Below are positions 41,419 to 48,411 of a stretch of 64,000 bases of DNA, in pieces. Numbering within the stretch: position 1 is the first letter of the stretch; each line of letters begins with the position of its first letter. The stretch is from an uncultured Oscillospiraceae bacterium. GTDB taxonomy: Bacteria; Bacillota; Clostridia; Oscillospirales; JAAYXM01. The DNA is taken from NCBI GenBank assembly GCA_934646115.1, contig CAKUEM010000002.1, forward strand, positions 2,274 through 66,273, in the 5' to 3' direction. The position numbers and the translations under genes are program-made. The notes under the pieces were generated by a model. That model was not told where the DNA came from. It ran no database searches and was given only the letters and a program-made list of their open reading frames with translations.

Positions 41419-42024
41419 TCATGTTACGCGGAACGCGCAATCGCGCTTTGTGCAGCATGCGCATTTTTCCTTCGGATGCGCCTCGCGCTGCGCGCAAAGC
41501 CCAAACAGCGCCGTGACCGATTTCGTCGGCGCGAGCATCATCCCGTCGGTCAGCGTCAGCCCGATTTTCCGCGGCGTATCGAGCATGCGCGTAAAAAGGA
41601 CCTGCGCGCCGATCTCAAAATCCCCATAGCCGGGGCTGACCCGCGGGCGCGCAAATAATCCCGCCGCGCGGGCGGCGCGCGCTTGCAGCGCGTCGCATTC
41701 TTCCTCGATTCGCGCAGTCGCGACCGCCTGCAGGATCACCGCGTCGCTCATGTTCTCCGACGCGGCGCGCGCCAGCAGCCGATCCACCTGCGCGCCCAGT
41801 GTGACCGCGAACAGCACCGCGATGTCACAGCCGGACAGCGCGCGGCACACGGTCTCGTTCTCCCACGGGACTTGTTCGCGCGGCAGCGTGAGCTGTACGC
41901 TCTTTGGCGCGGTCGCCTCGTCCACGCGCGGCGCAAGCCGCGCGATCGCCTGCATCACTTCCTCGGGCGGCTGCGCGCCGTGATAGCCCAGGTAGCGCAA
42001 AATTTCGCGCTCGCGCGGCGTCAT
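41419..42024 (-). CDS. Stand-alone methionine synthase activation (AdoMet-binding, Met_synt_B12-like) domain protein with a Cys-rich tail
   Basis: SPGYGDFEIGAQ...GLTLTDGMMLAPTKSVTALFGL resembles the MetH reactivation domain. C-terminus is KCACCTKRDCAF. Located between metF and metH. Confidence 0.7.
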   Translation of the reverse strand: MTPREREILRYLGYHGAQPPEEVMQAIARLAPRVDEATAPKSVQLTLPREQVPWENETVCRALSGCDIAVLFAVTLGAQVDRLLARAASENMSDAVILQAVATARIEEECDALQARAARAAGLFARPRVSPGYGDFEIGAQVLFTRMLDTPRKIGLTLTDGMMLAPTKSVTALFGLCAQREAHPKEKCACCTKRDCAFRVT

Positions 42025-42899
42025 TTCCGCCCCTCGCCCAGGATGCAGGACAGGTTATTCATGATCGCCGCGGCGACTTCCGGTTTATTCATAGAGTATA
42101 TATGAATGTGTTTTATACCATTTGCAATCAAATCAATGATCTGCTCGGTCGCATAGGCGATGCCCGCCTGACTCATCGCGTCCGGATCGTCGCCGAATTT
42201 ATCCACGATCGCCTTGAAGCGCGCGGGCAGGTAGGTGCCGGAAAGCTGGCAGGCGCGCGTGATCTGCCGCCCGTTCGTGACCGGCATGATGCCCGCGATG
42301 ACCGGGACGGTCACGCCGCGCTCGCGGATGCGATAGAGAAAATTATAGAGGATATTATTATCAAAAAACATCTGCGTGGTCAAAAAGTCCACGCCGCATG
42401 CGACCTTTTGGATCAGATGCGTGATGTCGTCCTCCTTATGCTCGCACTCGGTATGCCCCTCGGGATAGCACGCCGCGCCGATGCAGAAATCGCCGCGCGC
42501 GGCGATCTGCTCGATCAGCTGATACGCATAAGTATACTGATTGGGCAGCGGGAACTGCGCATCCTTTGGGATATCGCCGCGCAGCGCGAGGATGTTTTCG
42601 ATCCCGCAGGCGTGCAGCTCGTCGAGCATGGCAGACACCTGCTCGCGCGTAGAAGACGCACAGGTCAGATGCGCAAGCGCGGTCACGCCCAGGTCGTTTT
42701 GCACATGCTGCGCAATGCGGACGGTATTTTTGCTCGTGCCGCCGCCCGCGCCGTATGTCACGCTCATGAAATCCGGCGCAAGCGCGCACATCTGATCCAC
42801 CGCGCTTTGCACGCTGGCAAACGCGCTGTCTTTTTTCGGCGGGAACGCCTCGAACGAGACGGTCACGCGCCCGCTTTGTAATATATCGCGAATTTTCAC
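42021..42899 (-). CDS. metF: Methylenetetrahydrofolate reductase
   Basis: VSFEAFPPK, SVTYGAGG and ILALRGD motifs. Confidence 0.92.
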   Translation of the reverse strand: MKIRDILQSGRVTVSFEAFPPKKDSAFASVQSAVDQMCALAPDFMSVTYGAGGGTSKNTVRIAQHVQNDLGVTALAHLTCASSTREQVSAMLDELHACGIENILALRGDIPKDAQFPLPNQYTYAYQLIEQIAARGDFCIGAACYPEGHTECEHKEDDITHLIQKVACGVDFLTTQMFFDNNILYNFLYRIRERGVTVPVIAGIMPVTNGRQITRACQLSGTYLPARFKAIVDKFGDDPDAMSQAGIAYATEQIIDLIANGIKHIHIYSMNKPEVAAAIMNNLSCILGEGRK

Positions 42900-42938
42900 C
42901 GGGTTTCCTCCTTTTTTATGTAGCGGCGGCGCGCCGCA

Positions 42939-43571
42939 TCAGGTGCAGAACACGTGCGCGCCGATTGTTTTGATAATGGGCCGCGAGCGAATCCATTGAT
43001 TCGTTGCGGTTTTCGGATTGTAATAATACACCGCCTCGCCGATCGGATTCACGCCGCCCAACGCATCCTGCGCGGCGCGATACGCCTGCTCCGCGACCGG
43101 CTGATCAAACTGTCCGTCGTCGATCGCGGAAAACGCGCCGGGCTGATAAATCACGCCCGCGAGCGTATTGGGAAACGAGGGGTGCTTGATGCGGTTTACG
43201 ATCACCGCGCCGACCGCGACCTGCCCCTCATACGGCTCCCCGCGTGACTCCGCCGAGATGATGCGCGCAAGCAGGGCGACATCGCCGCTCTGCGCACTCT
43301 GCCCGGAAAGCCCCATCGCCGCAAGCGTTTTCTCGCCGACGATCCCGTCTGCCGAGAGCCCATGCTTCTCCTGATAGGCGCGCACGGCGCGCTTAGTATT
43401 TGCGCCGTAAATGCCATCGACCGCACCGGAATAGAACCCCTCGTTTTGCAGCACCTGCTGGATCTCGCGCACGGTATCCCCGCGCGAGCCTTCCTTATAA
43501 ATATTCGCCGCAACGCCAAGCGAGAGGCAAATACACAGTGCAAGCGCCGTAAAAATCATCCTTTTTTTCAT
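42939..43571 (-). CDS. SleB/CwlJ-family cell wall (spore cortex) hydrolase with a PG_binding_1 domain
   Basis: Signal peptide, GDTVREIQQVLQNEGFYSGAVDGIYGANT, and a hydrolase_2 core ISAESRGEPYEGQVAVGAVIVNR. Confidence 0.85.
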   Translation of the reverse strand: MKKRMIFTALALCICLSLGVAANIYKEGSRGDTVREIQQVLQNEGFYSGAVDGIYGANTKRAVRAYQEKHGLSADGIVGEKTLAAMGLSGQSAQSGDVALLARIISAESRGEPYEGQVAVGAVIVNRIKHPSFPNTLAGVIYQPGAFSAIDDGQFDQPVAEQAYRAAQDALGGVNPIGEAVYYYNPKTATNQWIRSRPIIKTIGAHVFCT

Positions 43572-43623
43572 AAAACCCCGCCCTTTCATGGGCAGTTTCC
43601 CCGGCTGGCGGAGTTTTATGCGT

Positions 43624-45567
43624 TTAATCGCGCGAGCGGGTCGCGATCAGCTCCTGGATCATGGTGATAAACTCAGGCAGCTGCATCGTGCCGATATCTC
43701 CGCCCGCCTTGCGCGACCGGACGGCGACCGTGCCGTTTTCCATCTCCTTATCGCCCAAAACGAGCATGAACGGAAGCTTTTGCATCTGCGCTTCGCGAAT
43801 CTTATAGCCGACCTTCTCGCTGCGGCAGTCGCACATCGTGCGGATCCCGAGCTTGCGCAGCTGCGCCTCCACCTCATGCGCATAGGCATGCTGCCGGTCT
43901 GTGATCGGGAGGATGGCGACCTGCGTCGGCATCAGCCAGGTCGGCAGCGCGCCCGCATATTTCTCAAGCAGCAGCGCAAGCGTGCGCTCGTAGCAGCCGA
44001 GCGACGTGCGGTGGATGATATACGGCGTCGCCTTCGAGCCGTCGCGGTCGATATACTCCATGCCGAATTTCTTCGCAAGCAGCATGTCGATCTGGATCGT
44101 GACGATCGTGTCCTCCTTGCCATGGACGTTTTTGATCTGAATATCAAGCTTCGGACCATAGAACGCGGCCTCATCGATGCCGATCTCATAATCGATGCCG
44201 AGATGGTCTAAAATTTTCTTCATCACGCTCTGCGCTTCATCCCACTGCTCGGCAGTTCCCTCGTATTTCGCGGTATTTTTCGGGTCCCACTGCGAGAAGC
44301 GATAGGTGCAATCCTCCAGAAGCCCAACGGTTTCGAGGAAATATTTCGCAAGCTCAAGGCATTTTTTAAACTCTTCCTCCAGCTGGTCCGGCCGCAGGAT
44401 CAGATGCCCCTCGGCGATCGTGAACTGCCGCACGCGGATCAGCCCGTGCATCTCGCCCGAATCCTCATTGCGGAACAGCGTGGACGTTTCGACCAGGCGC
44501 ATCGGCAGATCGCGATACGAGCGCATGCGGTTTAAATACACCTGATACTGGAACGGGCAGGTCATCGGGCGGAGCGCAAAGCACTCTTTTTCTTCATCAT
44601 TCGGGTCGCCGATGACAAACATGCCGTCAAGATAATGATCCCAATGCCCGGAAATTTTATAAAGATCGCGCTTTGCCATCAGCGGCGTTTTCGTCAGCAC
44701 AAAGCCGTTCTGCTCCTCCACGTCCTCTACAAAGCGCTGCAGCAGCTGAATCACGCGCGCGCCGTTTGGCAGCAGCACGGGCAGCCCCTGCCCGATCACA
44801 TCGCAGGTCGTAAAATACTCAAGCTCGCGCCCGATCTTGTTATGATCGCGGCGTTTGGCTTCCTCAACCGCCTCGAGATACGCGTCCATATCCGCCTTTT
44901 TGGTAAACGCCGTGCCGTAAATGCGCTGCAGCATTTTTTTGTTGGAATCGCCGCGCCAATACGCGCCGGTGCAGGACGTGAGCGCAAAGGCTTTGATCTT
45001 CCCGGTCGCCGGGACATGCGCGCCCGCGCACAGGTCGGTAAACTCGCCCTGCTTATAAAACGAGATCGTCTCGCCCTCGGGCAGATCCTCGATCAGCTCA
45101 ACCTTATACGGCTCGTTCCGCTCGCGCATGAAGGCAAGCGCCTCCTCGCGGGGGAGCGTGAAGCGCTCAAGCGGGATGTTTTCTTTCACGATCTTCTTCA
45201 TCTCCGCCTCGATATTTTTTAAATCCTCAGGCGTGAAGGGCTTCGCGTCGAAATCATAATAAAATCCGTTTTCGATCGCCGGTCCGATCGCGAGCTTCGC
45301 CTCCGGATACAGGCGCTTGACCGCCTGCGCAAGGATGTGCGACGCGGTATGGCGAAACGCATGCTTTCCATCCTTATCGTCAAACGTGCAGACCTCAAAC
45401 ACCGCGTCGCGCGCGATCGGCGCGGACAGATCCACGACCTCGCCGTCAAGCCGCGCGACCAGCGCAACGCGCGCCAGTCCCTCGCTGATTTGGCGCGCCG
45501 CGTCCATACAGGTGGTGTTCGCCGCGACCTCGAGGATCGATCCGTCTTTTAGTGTCAGTTTCGGCAT
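43624..45567 (-). CDS. thrS: Threonine--tRNA ligase
   Basis: TGS domain, editing-domain HxxxH (HTASHILAQA), and class II core. AAAGGAGAA lies 6 nt before the ATG at 45565-45567. T-box leader upstream. Confidence 0.97.
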   Translation of the reverse strand: MPKLTLKDGSILEVAANTTCMDAARQISEGLARVALVARLDGEVVDLSAPIARDAVFEVCTFDDKDGKHAFRHTASHILAQAVKRLYPEAKLAIGPAIENGFYYDFDAKPFTPEDLKNIEAEMKKIVKENIPLERFTLPREEALAFMRERNEPYKVELIEDLPEGETISFYKQGEFTDLCAGAHVPATGKIKAFALTSCTGAYWRGDSNKKMLQRIYGTAFTKKADMDAYLEAVEEAKRRDHNKIGRELEYFTTCDVIGQGLPVLLPNGARVIQLLQRFVEDVEEQNGFVLTKTPLMAKRDLYKISGHWDHYLDGMFVIGDPNDEEKECFALRPMTCPFQYQVYLNRMRSYRDLPMRLVETSTLFRNEDSGEMHGLIRVRQFTIAEGHLILRPDQLEEEFKKCLELAKYFLETVGLLEDCTYRFSQWDPKNTAKYEGTAEQWDEAQSVMKKILDHLGIDYEIGIDEAAFYGPKLDIQIKNVHGKEDTIVTIQIDMLLAKKFGMEYIDRDGSKATPYIIHRTSLGCYERTLALLLEKYAGALPTWLMPTQVAILPITDRQHAYAHEVEAQLRKLGIRTMCDCRSEKVGYKIREAQMQKLPFMLVLGDKEMENGTVAVRSRKAGGDIGTMQLPEFITMIQELIATRSRD

Positions 45568-45873
45568 AATCAGTTCTCCTTTCATCGGGCGCGGGTATAA
45601 AAAAAGCCCGCATCCCCGAAAAAATCAGGGGTGTAGGCACAAAAAGCTCCCGCACGGTTCCACCCTGCTTGCGCCCGAATAAAGAGCGCCGCTCATTTCC
45701 CGTTTAACGCACGGCTACGCCGACCCCTACCCACGCAGAAGCGCTTCGAAGCCGGGGCGAAAGGGCGGTGCCGAGCCGAGCAAATTCCAGGAGCGCTTTC
45801 AGCCTTTTGGCGCCCCCTCTCTGCGGAACGATATACGCCGCGTCGGGTCCCTTTCCTTGCCTTTTTCTTATGT
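45568..45873 (-). promoter_or_regulatory. T-box leader (tRNA-sensing transcription attenuator) of thrS
   Basis: Minus-strand RNA shows an AGAGAG bulge followed by a GGGGCGC/GCGCUCC stem with a GCUGAAAGC distal loop, an F-box-like GCGUUAAAC, and the T-box sequence AGCAGGGUGGAACCGUGCGGG (plus coordinates 45649-45665). A terminator hairpin (45606-45640) follows, ending in a U7 run. A threonine ACC triplet (in GGCACCG, about 45766-45772) is my candidate specifier, but I could not fold stem I with confidence. Confidence 0.85.
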
Positions 45874-45880
45874 ATTCTAT

Positions 45881-45908
45881 ATTATAGACCGATTTTTAAA
45901 AATGTCAA
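45881..45908 (-). promoter_or_regulatory. Candidate promoter of the thrS T-box leader
   Basis: TTGACA (45903-45908), 16-nt spacer, TATAAT (45881-45886). Confidence 0.65.
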
Positions 45909-45931
45909 CAAAAAATTATGCGCAATTTCGC

Positions 45932-45965
45932 AAAAAATGGGGCGGAATTCCGCCCCATTTTCTAT
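45932..45965. terminator. Terminator after the small-membrane-protein operon (bidirectional shape)
   Basis: TGGGGCGG-AATT-CCGCCCCA, flanked by A6 on one side and a T-rich tract on the other. On the minus-strand RNA the hairpin is followed by UUUUUUG. Confidence 0.8.
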
Positions 45966-46276
45966 TTTTTCTTCTGCATTGCCGCCCAAACCGCACCCTT
46001 CGGGTCGCGGATCAGCAGCGCAACGATCCAGATGACCAGCGCGAGCGCTACAACCGCGAGACCTAAAAACAGGTCATTGAGCAGCTCCAACGGGGCAGGG
46101 GAGAAGATCTCCGCGCCCACCTCCAGATATTCAACGACCGCATCCACCAGCCACATGATCGACGCGCCCCAAAACATCCAGCACAGGCAGCCGAGCCGCA
46201 TCGTATGCTCCGGCGCGTTGCGATACCACGCCGCCGTGGCAAACACTGCGGCAAACAGTGTAATCAAAAGCGTCAT
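45962..46276 (-). CDS. Small 3-TM membrane protein, paralog B (104 aa), function unknown
   Basis: MTLLITLFAAVF... The ATG overlaps the upstream stop (GCATGA) and GGAGG lies 7 nt upstream. Domain layout is similar to the upstream gene. The ORF-track N-terminal extension is rejected. Confidence 0.7.
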   Translation of the reverse strand: MTLLITLFAAVFATAAWYRNAPEHTMRLGCLCWMFWGASIMWLVDAVVEYLEVGAEIFSPAPLELLNDLFLGLAVVALALVIWIVALLIRDPKGAVWAAMQKKK

Positions 46277-46620
46277 GCACGCACCTCCGAATGCCGCCGC
46301 TCCATCACCTTGGAAACCACGAGCATCCCGCACCAGACCGCCGTCACAAGCGCCGCCATGCCAACGCCCGCGGTCGCCATTTCATGCAGCATCTCGCCGG
46401 CGTCCGCCGGATTTGCCGCGCGGGTCAAAAACGGGAAGAACGGCGCAAGCTCGCCATGCCACACATGCTCAAATGCAAGCAGCACAGAGCCGCCAACCAG
46501 CAGGTTGCGCAGCCAGCCAAGCTTTTTTGCAAACGAAATTTTCCCCGGCTTCTCGCTCTTATGCTTCGCCGCGACCGCCACAACGACCGCCTCTGCTGCC
46601 GGAACTACAAAACATGCCAT
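46273..46620 (-). CDS. Small 3-TM membrane protein, paralog A (115 aa), function unknown
   Basis: MACFVVPAAEAVVVAVAAKHK... with a conspicuous FEHVWHGE...EMLHEM His/Glu pattern. AAGGAGG lies before the ATG. Confidence 0.7.
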   Translation of the reverse strand: MACFVVPAAEAVVVAVAAKHKSEKPGKISFAKKLGWLRNLLVGGSVLLAFEHVWHGELAPFFPFLTRAANPADAGEMLHEMATAGVGMAALVTAVWCGMLVVSKVMERRHSEVRA

Positions 46621-46788
46621 AAAAAATCCTCCTTATTTTCCCCGCAGGCGGGAAATCCGCTCCCGCCGGGCGCGCCTTACGCAAAAAAGGGTATATGTCC
46701 ACTTGGACATATACCTCCATGGTATATCATTTCATTGCAAACGCGCGACTTGGGGTCTGCCGGCTTCATACCGACGATTTCGCCTAGT
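46621..46788 (-). promoter_or_regulatory. Candidate attenuator or riboswitch-like leader with mutually exclusive antiterminator and terminator
   Basis: Minus-strand RNA has a 5-prime hairpin CGUCGG-UAUGAAG-CCGGC(A)G closed by GCGA/UCGC. GAUAUACC (46721-46728) can pair with GGUAUAU (46709-46715). Those bases otherwise form the 5-prime arm of a perfect 12-bp hairpin (46704-46715 with 46690-46701) followed by CUUUUUUG. Confidence 0.55.
46683..46715 (-). terminator. Intrinsic terminator inside the leader of the small-membrane-protein operon
   Basis: GGUAUAUGUCCA-AG-UGGACAUAUACC, a perfect 12-bp stem followed by a U6 run. Confidence 0.65.
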
Positions 46789-46817
46789 AGTATAGCTGAT
46801 TTTTGCGCGCCTGTCAA
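46789..46817 (-). promoter_or_regulatory. Sigma-70/SigA-type promoter of the small-membrane-protein operon
   Basis: TTGACA (46812-46817), 17-nt spacer, TATACT (46789-46794). The -35 contains the GGDEF gene stop codon. Confidence 0.6.
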
Positions 46818-47968
46818 GCGCCGGCGGGCGATTTTCGCTTTTTCTCCTTCTGTGCATACATCGCCTGATCAGCGCGGTGGATCACGTCCTGAATCCCGTC
46901 GTCGCGGTCGTTATATTCCGCCCAGCCGATGCTGACCGTAATCGGGCGGGAGATCTGCGCACCGAGCGCACAATCGCGCACGGCGGCGTGCATCTGCGCG
47001 CACACATCCTCGATCCGCTCCTGCGCGCCCAGCACCTGCGCCACGGCAAACTCATCGCCGCCATAGCGCGCGCAAAGCGCGTGATTTTGCTCGCAAACGC
47101 GCCGAAGCGCCGCCGCGACCGCCCGGAGCGCCTCGTCGCCCTCGTTATGCCCATAGGTATCGTTGATTTTTTTAAACGCATCGACATCCAAAAACAGGAA
47201 ATACAGCCGCTCACCCGGGCGCAGCGAATCTTTTTCGTTTTCCAGATAATTTAAGATCTCGCTGCGGGTATGCAGCCCGGTCAGCGGGTCAACCGCAACG
47301 AGCATTTCGACCGTAAACATATAAACCAGCAAAAACGAGATCACGATACCGACGGAAAGGATCGGGATCTCCTGCCAGATGATCTGCAGCACGCCGCAAA
47401 TCAGCGGCGGAACGGCAAACGATGCGGCGACCAGCAGCTCGCGCCGCTGCGCAAAATTCTTTTTTTGCAGCGCGCCCGTGATCCGCCTGACCGAGCTGAT
47501 CACGATATACCCATACGTCAGGATATGCTGCAGATAAAACAGCGGTCCGTGCTGAACTTTTCCGTCCGCGCCGATAGAAAATGTCCATCCGGTGAATGCG
47601 GAGCAGATCTCAACCGCCGCAAGCAGCACGAGCGGGATCGCGCATAGAAGCGTCCATCCGCCTTTGCGCAGGTGATGCCCCTGCACCTCCTCGGAATATA
47701 AAAACCAGTAGTAGCAAGAGCAGCCAAACGCAATAAAATAGCAAAAATTGATCACCCAAAACGCGCCGGCAGGCAAGGAGACATATTCTGACCAGCCAAG
47801 CTTCCACAAAAAATCAAACAGATTGGCCGCCGCTGAAAACCATATCGAGGTAGAAAACAGCAGCCCCTTTGCCGATCGGTCGAACCCGAACGCGCGCGAC
47901 CGCAACGCGATCACCGTGAGGATAGCCAGCGTTAATATATTAAGCTCTGAATATAATAATGTTTCCAC
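46814..47968 (-). CDS. Membrane-bound diguanylate cyclase (multi-TM N-terminal sensor plus GGDEF domain)
   Basis: About 6-7 TM helices, then GGDEF-domain features (FLFLDVDAFKKINDTYGHNEGD, RYGGDEFAV). GTG start preceded by GAGGTGGAG. Confidence 0.88.
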   Translation of the reverse strand: METLLYSELNILTLAILTVIALRSRAFGFDRSAKGLLFSTSIWFSAAANLFDFLWKLGWSEYVSLPAGAFWVINFCYFIAFGCSCYYWFLYSEEVQGHHLRKGGWTLLCAIPLVLLAAVEICSAFTGWTFSIGADGKVQHGPLFYLQHILTYGYIVISSVRRITGALQKKNFAQRRELLVAASFAVPPLICGVLQIIWQEIPILSVGIVISFLLVYMFTVEMLVAVDPLTGLHTRSEILNYLENEKDSLRPGERLYFLFLDVDAFKKINDTYGHNEGDEALRAVAAALRRVCEQNHALCARYGGDEFAVAQVLGAQERIEDVCAQMHAAVRDCALGAQISRPITVSIGWAEYNDRDDGIQDVIHRADQAMYAQKEKKRKSPAGA

Positions 47969-48174
47969 TTCTCCACCTCGTATGATCCGTTGTTTATTGC
48001 CCCTCAGCCTATCATACCGTGGCAGGCACTACCCAAAAAAACACCACGCAGGCATTTTGCTGCGCCGCTCTTTACAAATAGCTTTTGTATGTATCTATCA
48101 GTGTGCGGGATTTTTGCATCGCTGTCAACTCCCATTCAGGGTTTTACGCAAAATCGCAGCGATTATTCGTTTTG

Positions 48175-48204
48175 ATTTTATCATACTTTGGTATGATACG
48201 TCAA
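48175..48204 (-). promoter_or_regulatory. Candidate promoter of the GGDEF gene with an embedded inverted repeat
   Basis: TTGACG (48199-48204), 18-nt spacer, TAAAAT (48175-48180). The spacer contains the palindrome TATCATAC-CAAA-GTATGATA. Confidence 0.5.
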
Positions 48205-48273
48205 CGCTCTGCCGGCAAAATGTCCGATTTTACGCATTATGATCTCGCCCGCAGTAACGCGCGCCGATTTTTG

Positions 48274-48303
48274 TTGACAGCAATTTCTCATAAGGGATAT
48301 AAT
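48274..48303 (+). promoter_or_regulatory. Candidate promoter of the P-type ATPase operon
   Basis: TTGACA (48274-48279), 18-nt spacer, TATAAT (48298-48303). Confidence 0.55.
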
Positions 48304-48411
48304 ATGATATATGATAAAAACTCTCTTCTTTGAAGATCCTGCGCGCCCGCCTCTTGCCGTTTGCGAGGCTTGCGGCGCTGAAATTTAAAAACGGCAGAAA
48401 CGGAGCGTTTT

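Noticed and set aside
42900-42938. S-box/SAM riboswitch expected upstream of metF or metH, and an SAH riboswitch upstream of ahcY (19569-19620).
   Set aside because: The spacers are only about 39 nt (metF), about 70 nt (metH leader) and about 50 nt (ahcY leader). That is too short for these aptamers, and no conserved cores were seen.
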